From: a virus
Direction: 5' to 3' (one strand)
Length of the DNA: 64,000 bases
Virus record (IMG/VR): IMGVR_UViG_3300037119_005106
Span: 1 to 64,000 of that record
Numbering within the stretch: position 1 is the stretch's first letter; every line of letters starts with the position of its first letter. This document shows, one piece after another, positions 39,003 through 48,312 of the stretch. Position numbers and translations under genes: made by a program. Under the pieces are notes generated by a model. It searched no databases. It had not been told where the DNA came from and saw only the letters and a program-made list of their open reading frames with translations.

Positions 39003-41180
39003 TTACGAGTGTTCAATATTTTTTAAAATTTCTTGTTGGATTAAATCCTCAAAGGATGTTTTTCGCTTGCCTTCATACTCTTTTTTAAGGGATTCAAGAT
39101 TCTTTTTATCCTCAGCACGCTTACGTGTAATCTCTCGTCGGTCATAATCAGTAAGATGGATATCGGGATTAAATGTTTCCAACATATCTAAGTCTTGACC
39201 ACTATATGTTTTTACAAGAACGTTTCCTTTCTTATCCACATCATAATAAGCCATTGCATCAAATATGTTTTGACCATCATCATAATCATCATCATCTTCC
39301 TCTACTGTCATTTCAAACATTTCCAGTTTGTAAAGTAGAACGATCATGTAAGCCATAGCGATATCTGTATTGGTATCTCCAAAATCGATAAGGTCAAGCA
39401 ATATATTTTTGAACCAAATATTTTCAGAATTATTCTTAACCTCGGCTTTAAGTAATTTGGTACCCAATACTTTTACATCGGTAGTCATACGTTGACCAAA
39501 TTCATTCTTGGCTTTGGTAGGACCTAAATCTTTTCTTAAATCAGGACGTATTTTCAAATACTTCTCAGCGCCTACATCCTTGAAGTAACTTTCGATAGCA
39601 ATTTTAGAATATTCAAAAAGCAATTCATAATTGTAATAGATAGCCAACTTCACATTATTCTCATAAAACGTATCATCATTACTTGAATCGCCACGTTCTG
39701 CCAATACCGCTATTGGTAGATTGAATTCTCTTGATGGTCCAGCATAGGTTCTAAAAACAACTGTAGAACCATCGGAAGCCGTTTTGGAATCTTCCTCTAC
39801 TTCCTCATCATAACTATCACAACCAGCGATATCAGGTTTGTGGTCCATATCATCATGATTAATAGGATCCGCTATTTTCTGAATAACTCCATTCTCATCA
39901 TCGAACCAACGAAGCTTGGATTTGTTTTTAATACGGAGTTTTGTTTTCTCCTTGGTATCTTTACATTTCTGCAAAGATTTTATAGTACGTTCATCATCTA
40001 CCCATTCTAGGCGACCTCTCCTAACATCATAAGGACAAAGCCCTTCTTCTATTACCATCAACTGATTGTTCAGTTTAACGCGGTCAAGAATACCCCCTTT
40101 GGTTTTAATGAAAATCTCAGATTCTTTAATTGGATAAGACTGTATGTGTTTGGTAATACCATCTTTGGATTTGGAAGCAATTTTACGTTGGTCAATAATA
40201 TGCTTTAACGCTGCTTCTTGGTTTGTTCTACCGGTTCTAATATCAAAGAACGATGGCTGTTGAACACCTGTTTTGGCATCAGTTTCTCCATCCCCTGGAT
40301 AATATTCATAAGCCGGAATAAATACTTTTTCAAGATTGTAGGCTTTGTGGTTCTCCCACATTTCCATATAACCTTTTGAACCTTTTTCAATCTGTCCACC
40401 GGTACCATAAATCAATGGAGTTCCAAATTGTATCGCTCCATCTTTAAAACAAGGTTCTGTTGATTTATAGGAAGCAATTAGATTACCAAATAAACCCGCT
40501 TCCTCAAAAATAACCAAAGACATAGAAGCACCCTCGAATCCAGCACTATCAACAAACATGGTTCGGATAAGCATTTCAGATTCTAAACCACATTCAATAG
40601 ATTGCTTATTTACGATATCGCTATATCCTAGTTTCAGCAATTTATCATTTTTCAATAATCTGGCAGAAGCATACTCAGGTCTTATGTTTTTAAGCAAGGA
40701 CATTACTTTGTCTACAAAACCATCAACCTTGTCTTGCTTACCAGCACATACACCAATACGGTTACGCAAGTGCATGATGAGTTCATATTCAGCCTGACAA
40801 GCTCCAAACTCTGATAAACCAACCCTACGAGGTTTACCAACAATTAAACCATAACGATGTTTCTTGGCATCATAGGTAATTTTAAATAATCTATTATCAA
40901 GTTCCCGATAGTACGGTGAATGGAGTTTCTTTCTTGAAGCACCTTGTGGAAGCATTTCAATTTGATTCATATTTAAATGAAAGTAATGCTCTCCAGTAAT
41001 ATCGTTCATTCCTCTTGGCTTGAAACCAAAAAGACATCGATCATCTTGTTCATCCCAAAAATCATCATAAGCTAAAGTTCCTGGTCTAAGTGAATGGGAA
41101 TACTTTATGACTTTTTCATCATAAACAAGCGGACTAAAACGCTGAGCATTGTAGGTGTGATCAAGAATTGTAACAGCCAT
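39003..41180 (-). CDS. terL: terminase large subunit
   Basis: ITGEHYFHLN, KPRRVGLS (Walker A), IFEEAG (Walker B), YGTGG, AGCDSYD nuclease motif, DIAMA. Confidence 0.93.
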   Translation of the reverse strand: MAVTILDHTYNAQRFSPLVYDEKVIKYSHSLRPGTLAYDDFWDEQDDRCLFGFKPRGMNDITGEHYFHLNMNQIEMLPQGASRKKLHSPYYRELDNRLFKITYDAKKHRYGLIVGKPRRVGLSEFGACQAEYELIMHLRNRIGVCAGKQDKVDGFVDKVMSLLKNIRPEYASARLLKNDKLLKLGYSDIVNKQSIECGLESEMLIRTMFVDSAGFEGASMSLVIFEEAGLFGNLIASYKSTEPCFKDGAIQFGTPLIYGTGGQIEKGSKGYMEMWENHKAYNLEKVFIPAYEYYPGDGETDAKTGVQQPSFFDIRTGRTNQEAALKHIIDQRKIASKSKDGITKHIQSYPIKESEIFIKTKGGILDRVKLNNQLMVIEEGLCPYDVRRGRLEWVDDERTIKSLQKCKDTKEKTKLRIKNKSKLRWFDDENGVIQKIADPINHDDMDHKPDIAGCDSYDEEVEEDSKTASDGSTVVFRTYAGPSREFNLPIAVLAERGDSSNDDTFYENNVKLAIYYNYELLFEYSKIAIESYFKDVGAEKYLKIRPDLRKDLGPTKAKNEFGQRMTTDVKVLGTKLLKAEVKNNSENIWFKNILLDLIDFGDTNTDIAMAYMIVLLYKLEMFEMTVEEDDDDYDDGQNIFDAMAYYDVDKKGNVLVKTYSGQDLDMLETFNPDIHLTDYDRREITRKRAEDKKNLESLKKEYEGKRKTSFEDLIQQEILKNIEHS

Positions 41181-41198
41181 AGATTGTAATTTAAAATA

Positions 41199-41233
41199 GA
41201 AACAGCTTTCGCAAATAAATGGAAAGCTGTTTC
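41199..41233 (-). promoter_or_regulatory. hairpin immediately upstream of terL (terminator/attenuator)
   Basis: gaaacagctttc / gaaagctgtttc 12-bp inverted repeat. Confidence 0.55.
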
Positions 41234-41277
41234 AGAACAAATAAAAAAGAAGGACTTTTCAGAATGTAAATACAGAA

Positions 41278-41709
41278 CTATTCCTCTATTTTATTCAGTT
41301 TCTCAAGCTTGTCCGATAACGCATCACGTTGAGCAATTGCTTCGATAAGTTGCGTTCTTAAACTTTTAATTGTTTCTTGATTTGCTTTTAGAACCGTTTT
41401 GAAATGGTCTTTCTCAACCGCAGTAGCAGGTTTAGCAAATACATGTTCTTCTTCTTCCGGAACTTCTTCCTCTGATGCTGGAATTTCCTCATCAGGAACT
41501 TCTGAACTTGGCGCTCCTTCTTCTGGAACAACAGTATCAGGAAATTTTTTCTCAAAAACTTTGTCCACATCTTCTGAAGAAGCTTCAGGAGGTAATGGCG
41601 TTTTTAATAATTCTAAATCTGTTTCAGCTTTCGGTGCTTCCGGAATCTGACTCTCTTGCTTTGGCAAGTTCTCGTTCTCTTGCTTCGGCTTCTCTTTTTT
41701 GTCGTTCAT
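41278..41709 (-). CDS. acidic low-complexity protein with C-terminal coiled coil
   Basis: E/P-rich ORF overlapping the upstream gene. Confidence 0.55.
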   Translation of the reverse strand: MNDKKEKPKQENENLPKQESQIPEAPKAETDLELLKTPLPPEASSEDVDKVFEKKFPDTVVPEEGAPSSEVPDEEIPASEEEVPEEEEHVFAKPATAVEKDHFKTVLKANQETIKSLRTQLIEAIAQRDALSDKLEKLNKIEE

Positions 41710-42247
41710 AATAGAATGATTTTTTGTCTAGAATTTTTACTTCCAAACGGGTTAATTTATATCCATTTCTAACAGGACTCTCAGCAAACTTTTCCTTATT
41801 CCCATTCTTTTTATCAAAAGCATCATGAAGATCGTTGATATTGGAAAGTTCTTTTAGCAAAGAAGTTTTCTGAAAGGTTGTTTCGGCATTCTTAATTTCA
41901 TTCAGCTTATTAATTCTAAGCTGCTCCATCAATCCCTTTTCTTCCAAAGATGGATTGTATTGAAGTTCTTTATAATTGATACAAGCAAGCTGTATTTCAT
42001 CACAATTCCAATTCAAAGCCTTTCTATTGTTAAAAACAATATTCATTGCTTTCAATGGTTTTTCCTTCTCGCTGTAGTTGTTAATTATAGAACCATAATC
42101 AATCACTAAAGCTACACAAGTTAAGGCTTGAATACCATACCCTTCTTTGTTTACCAAATCCCTAAAAGATTCAATAGCCATCCAATTGTCTAATTCATCA
42201 TCATCTTTTATCAGTCCAGTAATCGGATTTAATTGCAATAGATACAT
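41624..42247 (-). CDS. conserved protein near terL, possible terminase small subunit
   Basis: Helical, position upstream of terL. Confidence 0.4.
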   Translation of the reverse strand: MYLLQLNPITGLIKDDDELDNWMAIESFRDLVNKEGYGIQALTCVALVIDYGSIINNYSEKEKPLKAMNIVFNNRKALNWNCDEIQLACINYKELQYNPSLEEKGLMEQLRINKLNEIKNAETTFQKTSLLKELSNINDLHDAFDKKNGNKEKFAESPVRNGYKLTRLEVKILDKKSFYYERQKREAEARERELAKARESDSGSTES

Positions 42248-42258
42248 CAAAAGTATGT

Positions 42259-42627
42259 TTAATTTTTAATAAATACACTATATTTTTTCAAACCATATTC
42301 ATTAATCAGATTGAAATATTGTCTTTTCTCTACAAAAATATCAAATCTTTCCATTACTGCTTTAAAAATATCTTTTTTTAATACTTCTGGAAATACCTTA
42401 GAAAACAATTCATTAAGATATCCAACCTTGTATTCTGATTTTTCTTTATTCAAAGTGATGTGTTCTGGAATATAAACTTTAGGATATTTTAAAAAAAGGA
42501 CATCCCTTAACGAAGCGGTTTCTTGCTCCGTTAAAAGGGATGGATCTTTTATATATTTTCCATTAAGTATTATCATCACTTGCGATTGACAAATTAGAAA
42601 CATTTTCTTCCGAAATACGCTTGGCAT
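42259..42627 (-). CDS. hypothetical protein
   Basis: ORF in operon; start uncertain. Confidence 0.45.
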   Translation of the reverse strand: MPSVFRKKMFLICQSQVMIILNGKYIKDPSLLTEQETASLRDVLFLKYPKVYIPEHITLNKEKSEYKVGYLNELFSKVFPEVLKKDIFKAVMERFDIFVEKRQYFNLINEYGLKKYSVFIKN

Positions 42628-42973
42628 CCTCGGCTAACTTTTTGTTCTCAGCTTCAGCTGCATTATTCTTAGCAGAGATAAAAGCATCAAACTCCTTGAT
42701 GATGGATTGGCTACGACGAACACCGAACTTCATTCCCAAGTCCTTTTTAATTCTCATATCCAATTCCTTTTGCACTTCTGCATAAATCTCATCAGCTTCC
42801 GTTCTAGCATCAATTGATTTGTAAACAATTTTCTCTATTTCTTCTTTGGTACAAAAACCGCCAGAAACAGCTCTTTCCGCTTCGCCTTGGATTTCAATAT
42901 TAGTAGTGATGATATTCTCCAAGATGGTAGAATAGTTCAATAAATCTGAGGTAGTTAACTTTTCTAAGTTCAT
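42563..42973 (-). CDS. hypothetical helical protein
   Basis: ORF immediately downstream of groEL. Confidence 0.55.
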   Translation of the reverse strand: MNLEKLTTSDLLNYSTILENIITTNIEIQGEAERAVSGGFCTKEEIEKIVYKSIDARTEADEIYAEVQKELDMRIKKDLGMKFGVRRSQSIIKEFDAFISAKNNAAEAENKKLAEDAKRISEENVSNLSIASDDNT

Positions 42974-42977
42974 AATT

Positions 42978-44525
42978 TTATTGGTTGTGTGTTTCCACGA
43001 TTAGACATTCGGTTGACAGAACAGTAAGAGCAATACTTACCGCATTAGTAAGTCCATTGATAGAAACACTTATTGGATCCACAATACCTGATTCATAAAG
43101 ATTCTCAAACTTTCTTGTTTTGGCATTATATCCTTTTTCGAAAGAAATAGCATTTCCAATTTTAAGTATTTCATCATCATTATGAAATGAGTTCTTTAAA
43201 ATTTCAGCAAAAGGTCGACAAATAGATGAATAAAAAATAGTTTGAAAAGGATCAGGATTTCTTATATCTTTTGAAAGCAATACCAAACTCTGACCACCAC
43301 CTATAATCACATTGTCTTTCAATGCAGCTTTACAAGCTTTATAAGCATCTTCCACACGATGCTTCTTTTCCTTGATTTCAATATCACTAGCACCACCAAC
43401 ATAGAAAGTAGTAATACCATTTTTCATCTTGTCAATACGCTTGAGCATCGATGTAGAATGATAAGCTGATTTTTCTTCTTTAGAAGCCATTTCCAATAAG
43501 AACAGATATTCATCCAATAACTCTTTTCGAGTTCCTTCAACTTCTCCAAAAACGGTATAACCTTGTTTTACGACAACATTATTGGCTTCTCCAAACTCAC
43601 TATCATATTCATTGAAATTCTGAATAATATCAGCTCCAGTGTATTGAGATAGGTCATTCATGTAATTCATGTACTCATCATTTCTGAATTGGTTTTTAAT
43701 CAAACAGATTTTAATTCCTATACGGTCCATATTGTTGAATTCAACAATACTTTCCACGTCCTTTGAGAAATCTTTGGCAAAAATGATTATAGGCAATGGA
43801 TTTACTTTTGAACCAGTGTCTATCAATCGAATGATTTCTTTTTTATCGGTAAACTCATTGTCATACAAAATAACTTTACATTTATCCGCTTCAAAGTATC
43901 CTGTTATCGGATTGTTGGCATACTTTCTGTCACAATACCCCATTTCAACAACATATCCTTTGATGATATCCACATAACTTTTACCAGTCATGGTTTCAAG
44001 GATATTGATATAGCCATCTTCTTTGGCGTTGTTAAAAGCTTTTTGGAATAGGTTAGCAATTTCCAAATCATTGTTAGCTGAAGTAAGCGCTACTTTACCA
44101 ATTTCTGCTAAAGGAATTTTTACCGAATTCTTTCTAATAGCATTAACGATATATTGCAATTCAGCATTAATAGTTTCTCTGAAAAGATGTTCATTAAATC
44201 CTGATTTAGAACGAGCTTCCATTCCTAATGCAATTAAGGTGCGACACACAACTGTAGCGCTTGTGGTACCATCACCCGAATCCTCATCGGTTTTACTAGC
44301 CACCTTTTTTACCATCTGAATACCTACGTTAATCACTGGATCGGGATGATTCATTTCCATAGCAACAGTAACACCATCTTTTGTAGCAAAAGGATCTTCT
44401 CCGGCATTCGCTATAATTACAGTTTTACCACTTGGACCAAGTGTGCTTTTAACAGCGTTGTAAAGAAGGTCTACCCCTTCCATCAACTTGTCCTGACTAT
44501 CGTTTAAGTATATCCTTTTTGACAT
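42978..44525 (-). CDS. groEL: phage chaperonin GroEL
   Basis: KSTLGPSG, TKDGVTVA, GDGTTSAT, VGGASDIEIKEKKHRVEDA, GIVDP. Confidence 0.95.
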   Translation of the reverse strand: MSKRIYLNDSQDKLMEGVDLLYNAVKSTLGPSGKTVIIANAGEDPFATKDGVTVAMEMNHPDPVINVGIQMVKKVASKTDEDSGDGTTSATVVCRTLIALGMEARSKSGFNEHLFRETINAELQYIVNAIRKNSVKIPLAEIGKVALTSANNDLEIANLFQKAFNNAKEDGYINILETMTGKSYVDIIKGYVVEMGYCDRKYANNPITGYFEADKCKVILYDNEFTDKKEIIRLIDTGSKVNPLPIIIFAKDFSKDVESIVEFNNMDRIGIKICLIKNQFRNDEYMNYMNDLSQYTGADIIQNFNEYDSEFGEANNVVVKQGYTVFGEVEGTRKELLDEYLFLLEMASKEEKSAYHSTSMLKRIDKMKNGITTFYVGGASDIEIKEKKHRVEDAYKACKAALKDNVIIGGGQSLVLLSKDIRNPDPFQTIFYSSICRPFAEILKNSFHNDDEILKIGNAISFEKGYNAKTRKFENLYESGIVDPISVSINGLTNAVSIALTVLSTECLIVETHNQ

Positions 44526-44778
44526 GTTCTGCTTTTAAATGACACTGAATTTCTGCAGTGTTGATTATACAATACGTTTCTCCTTCAAAGCTTTGTTCAT
44601 TGTAGAAACGGTGATTGAACTTTACCAAATCTCCTTTGGCGTATTTCTCATTCCCATTCACTACTTCAAAGAATATGTCCGAAGTATCCTGTGGATCCCT
44701 TTTTTTACTGGTTTCATATTTGACCTTTCTTGTCAAAATATTGCCATTGTCCATTTCCAACAATTCTGCTAGATTCAT
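44497..44778 (-). CDS. groES: GroES-like co-chaperonin (in frame with an upstream TM peptide starting at 44949)
   Basis: KGDLVKF...EGETYCIINTAEI resembles the GroES C-terminal half; overlaps the groEL start. Confidence 0.65.
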   Translation of the reverse strand: MNLAELLEMDNGNILTRKVKYETSKKRDPQDTSDIFFEVVNGNEKYAKGDLVKFNHRFYNEQSFEGETYCIINTAEIQCHLKAEHVKKDILKR

Positions 44779-44948
44779 AATTTTCTTGTCTTTATTTATT
44801 TCTTTTTTTTTCACTAATCCCATAACTACAATCGAAATGAACATAGTTGCAATTAGGCAACCATAAAAAAAGTCCAAAGGAGTGGTTCTCCTTATCGGAC
44901 TTTCTTTAATAGTTTCTTCAACAATTTCTGGATTGAATAATCTAGCCA

Positions 44949-45194
44949 TTAAACTACTTGTTTAAAATTTTTTCCAGTCTTGAATTTATTGAACCAATCT
45001 TTGAGAACTACTCCTGGAGCAAAAGCTTCATTAAATTCTTTTGCAGTAACCGGCCAATAATCATAAGAAGCACCTCTTTGAAATTCTACACGAACAACAG
45101 AACTTGGTTTGCCATCAATAGTTTTGTTATGCCATCCAATAGATTTTAGATTGGAACTTTGAACTTCGTGCTGAATATTTATCTCTTTTGCCAT
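44949..45194 (-). CDS. KTSC domain protein
   Basis: VQSSNLKSIGW...VEFQRGASYDYWPV....F. Confidence 0.85.
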   Translation of the reverse strand: MAKEINIQHEVQSSNLKSIGWHNKTIDGKPSSVVRVEFQRGASYDYWPVTAKEFNEAFAPGVVLKDWFNKFKTGKNFKQVV

Positions 45195-45196
45195 GA

Positions 45197-45658
45197 CTAA
45201 TCTTTTTGAGTTGATACCCCTTTGAACTCCGCAATACGATTGGACAAAACAGAGAAGTATTGTCGCATCACCAACAACTGCATTTTCAATCGGCATCGTT
45301 CTGCAGGTGGAATATTTTCAAAAATTGGATTAGATTCTATAAAGTCATGCAACTTCACAATCTTATCATGCAATTCATTTGCTTCCCAAATAACTCTTTG
45401 CTCATGAGAGAATTCACTTCCAATATCAGCAAGAGTATCAACAGGTTTGATGTAGGCTTCCTCAAATTGCTTCTTAGGACTCCAAGAGATATAACCCGTA
45501 TGATTTACGTGATTTGAAGTATCTCCTTTGTATTCTACCAAATACCCCTCATCTGAACCATTCTCATCAGAAGGCAATTCCCAACCTCTATAAAGATTGT
45601 ATTCTTCTCTGGTCATTGGCGTAGCTTCAATCTCTCTTGTTCCGATATACTTTTCCAT
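45197..45658 (-). CDS. two-domain protein (YIGT..GYISWSPK..FEEAY domain + crAss001_48-like helical domain), candidate immune-signal sponge
   Basis: Recognisable motifs of both domains; next to the Acb2/Tad1-like gene. Confidence 0.6.
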   Translation of the reverse strand: MEKYIGTREIEATPMTREEYNLYRGWELPSDENGSDEGYLVEYKGDTSNHVNHTGYISWSPKKQFEEAYIKPVDTLADIGSEFSHEQRVIWEANELHDKIVKLHDFIESNPIFENIPPAERCRLKMQLLVMRQYFSVLSNRIAEFKGVSTQKD

Positions 45659-45675
45659 TTTTACAGTTTTAAGGA

Positions 45676-45888
45676 TTATACAAATAAAGCTTTTACAGCA
45701 TACATACATGATGTTTCTGCATCAGTTTGAGCGATAGAGATTTCTCTACCATTGCGCTCATTTCTACTCTCTTCCAGATTATCAATTAGCGTTGCATAAG
45801 CTTCCTTAATATTCTCCACTTGTGGATTTGCTGACGGATTGAAGTTTCTCTGAACTCTCTTTTGTCCTAACGTGATATTCTCAGCCAT
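45676..45888 (-). CDS. Acb2/Tad1-like hairpin protein (candidate nucleotide sponge)
   Basis: FNPS...IK...LID..REISIAQTDAETSCMYAVKA parallels the Acb2/Tad1 helix-pair signature R..(A/S)IA.T..(E/Q)...M...(K/R)A. Confidence 0.65.
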   Translation of the reverse strand: MAENITLGQKRVQRNFNPSANPQVENIKEAYATLIDNLEESRNERNGREISIAQTDAETSCMYAVKALFV

Positions 45889-45935
45889 AATAGTTGCAGC
45901 ACTTTACCTTGCCATCGGTTCCTTTAGTTTATTTG

Positions 45936-46727
45936 TTATAGTTTGTTCAAAAATTCAAATAATTGCTTGTTCCATCTTGCATCCTCAATAGCATTGTGTG
46001 ATTTGGATGGATCTTGTTTTGGATAATCAGTCATTTTTTTAATATAGTCTAATACTTGACTTTGATTTTGCCAAACAGTGTGAGGTAAATATTTATCTGC
46101 TTTATCATCCAAAATCTGCTTCAAATCCTTGCAATACATCGGAAATCCTTTTGGTAAGTCCATCATTTTTCCAAACAACCAACAGAATACTACCCAGTCA
46201 TAATCGGCGTAGTAGGCGTAGAATTCAATTGGATGATTTTGCAAACTTCTTCCAGAATCTAATGTATTCCAAAAATGACAAAACTCTTTAACTTCTTCAG
46301 CAATTTGATTGTTGGTTTTTCCATAGCGAAAAAGCAATCTTTCAAATAATGAGAATCCTGATTCATGTCTTTCCATATCACCCATGAAATTACCAAGATT
46401 ACCATAAACTTCTTTTGATTTATTAGGATAATCCTTTTGATACAATTCCCAGAAGATAGGATACAACACATTCTCACGAAGCCAGTATTCTTTATATCCT
46501 TCTGGACGATGGTTTCTCATATCTCCAGAATACTGCTTCATATCATATCTATTCCAAGCTTCTTTCAAATTAAAGTCTTTGGAAATAGCATAGTATTCTC
46601 GACCATCCTCAGCCACTATACCAATCGATATCAAATCAATTGTCGGTTTGGTTTCTCCAATGGTAAACCCTAAAAAAGTTTTCTTTTGTGGCCCTTCAAG
46701 GAATTCTGTATCTATGAAATAACGCAT
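45936..46727 (-). CDS. DEDDh 3'-5' exoribonuclease (Rv2179c/RNase AS-like)
   Basis: FIDTEF, LISIGIV, YYADYDWV, PMYCKDL, HNAIEDARW. Confidence 0.88.
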   Translation of the reverse strand: MRYFIDTEFLEGPQKKTFLGFTIGETKPTIDLISIGIVAEDGREYYAISKDFNLKEAWNRYDMKQYSGDMRNHRPEGYKEYWLRENVLYPIFWELYQKDYPNKSKEVYGNLGNFMGDMERHESGFSLFERLLFRYGKTNNQIAEEVKEFCHFWNTLDSGRSLQNHPIEFYAYYADYDWVVFCWLFGKMMDLPKGFPMYCKDLKQILDDKADKYLPHTVWQNQSQVLDYIKKMTDYPKQDPSKSHNAIEDARWNKQLFEFLNKL

Positions 46728-47470
46728 ATTTTTTCTATTTTATAGTTATATAATTTATTATTTAATCTTATTGCATTTGAAATAGATCCTTGTTTTACTT
46801 TTTCAAAACCTATTTTATTAAAATATTCAACAACTTCTTGATGTGAATGAAATTTTTTTGAAAAATTATCTTTAGATATTTTTATATTATGCTTACCTAA
46901 TCTATTTTCTCTTTTAATTAATTTTTCGGAAAAAGACCACCTAAAACCAAAAGCACTAAACGTAATTCCTAAACAAGATTGTGATATATGAGAAGAACCA
47001 TTTTTTGTTTTTTCTAAAAATTTTAATGCTTCAATAATTGAATTGTGTTTTTGAATCAATTCCCCTTTTTTAGAAAATTGAAATACTTTTTTTGATGTAT
47101 GATGTAATCCACCAACTATAGTTCTTGTCTTTGAATTTTCTGAATGTTTTAATCCTAATAAACTTCCTGCCACTAAACAACTATTATAATCCGTTCCTTT
47201 ATTTATAAAAAATTGTTCTGTTACAATACAATCTTCTTTTGAGCATATTGAAATAATTTCAAATTTAAAATTTTCAAATCCATATTTCTTAAATGCTTTA
47301 AACAAAATAGGTTGGTTACACAATTCTTTCTTATAAGCTGAGCAATATTGAAGGTATCTTTGTCTAAAATTAGTACTTGTACTGCCAATATAAATTTTAT
47401 TGTTTATAGTATTTATTATAGAATATACTCCGGTTTTTCTCCAATTAGATTTTTCTACATCAAAATTCAT
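46712..47470 (-). mobile_element. free-standing GIY-YIG homing endonuclease with NUMOD-type repeats
   Basis: GVYSIINTINNKIYIGS, VFQFSKKGELI..SIIEA..AFGFRWS; very AT-rich; own -7 box caaatgta 47491-47498. Confidence 0.88.
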
Positions 47471-47534
47471 AATAAAATATTTTATAGATACAAATGTATT
47501 AATAAATATCAATAAAATATTTCATACCTTCTTT

Positions 47535-47960
47535 TTATTTATTTCTGTCAAACGGATCAAACTTGAAAAACTCTTCTGGATTGAATTCATTCCTACTTTG
47601 TTGCATTCTTTCCATAAAGGATTTTCCCATAACCGGAAATGGACCAGCTTCCTCATAACCAGTAGGAATAAAAACATGATTCAAATCCTTTCCTCTACCA
47701 GCTTCTAACCAATTGTAATAATCAGCACTATGATTACCACCCGTTCCAAAAATCATTGGAATACCAATTACACGAGAACCAGGACGTCTTGCTTTTAACA
47801 AAATCATTTCCTTCATAGCTTCATCAATCTCTGGTGAATTTGGTGGATACACAACAAAAGTTTTCTTCTCTTTAGATAAAAAAATATCTTCTAAAGCTTT
47901 CTCTATACCTTCTTTGGTGAGATTTGGATATACCATCTTCTTCTTATCACGCTTTGCCAT
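47535..47960 (-). CDS. collapsed terminase-ATPase-like mini protein
   Basis: LKARRPGS + GIPMIFGTGG + VFIP segments match TerL motifs. Confidence 0.6.
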   Translation of the reverse strand: MAKRDKKKMVYPNLTKEGIEKALEDIFLSKEKKTFVVYPPNSPEIDEAMKEMILLKARRPGSRVIGIPMIFGTGGNHSADYYNWLEAGRGKDLNHVFIPTGYEEAGPFPVMGKSFMERMQQSRNEFNPEEFFKFDPFDRNK

Positions 47961-47963
47961 AAC

Positions 47964-48173
47964 CTACTTCTTATAGTTCGTAAAATCAATCTCCACATGT
48001 GCCTGAGCCAAAGCCAAAGAACGATGCTCATTAGCAATACGCAAAGAAAGAGCATCATGAATCAACACAGGAGAAGCAACCATCCATATAGCAGTAAGAT
48101 AGAAATAAATCTCAACTGCATCAAATCCCTTGCACTCCATCTTCCATATCAATTCTGACAACGTGTTATTCAT
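47964..48173 (-). CDS. hypothetical protein (69 aa)
   Basis: ATG 48173 after an AT-rich leader. Confidence 0.5.
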   Translation of the reverse strand: MNNTLSELIWKMECKGFDAVEIYFYLTAIWMVASPVLIHDALSLRIANEHRSLALAQAHVEIDFTNYKK

Positions 48174-48312
48174 AATAAATTGTTTTTTATTAATGGCGGG
48201 CAAGGCTGGGAGCCTTACATCTCCCTTAACCCCTCCCAATGAATAGCATTCCAACTACCATAGCTCGGACTTCAACCGGCATTTCCCTACTAGAAGTGTA
48301 GAGCGATATTCG

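Noticed and set aside
39003-41180. Intein or intron in terL (also checked by eye for portal, MCP, RNAP)
   Set aside because: Continuous ORFs with no splice-junction or LAGLIDADG motifs recognised
45889-45930. Possible pseudoknot/riboswitch upstream of the Acb2-like gene
   Set aside because: Only 3-4-bp stems; cannot be supported without homologs
1067-47960. Many short plus-strand and nested ORFs in the ORF track
   Set aside because: They are antisense or out-of-frame shadows of long, motif-supported minus-strand genes
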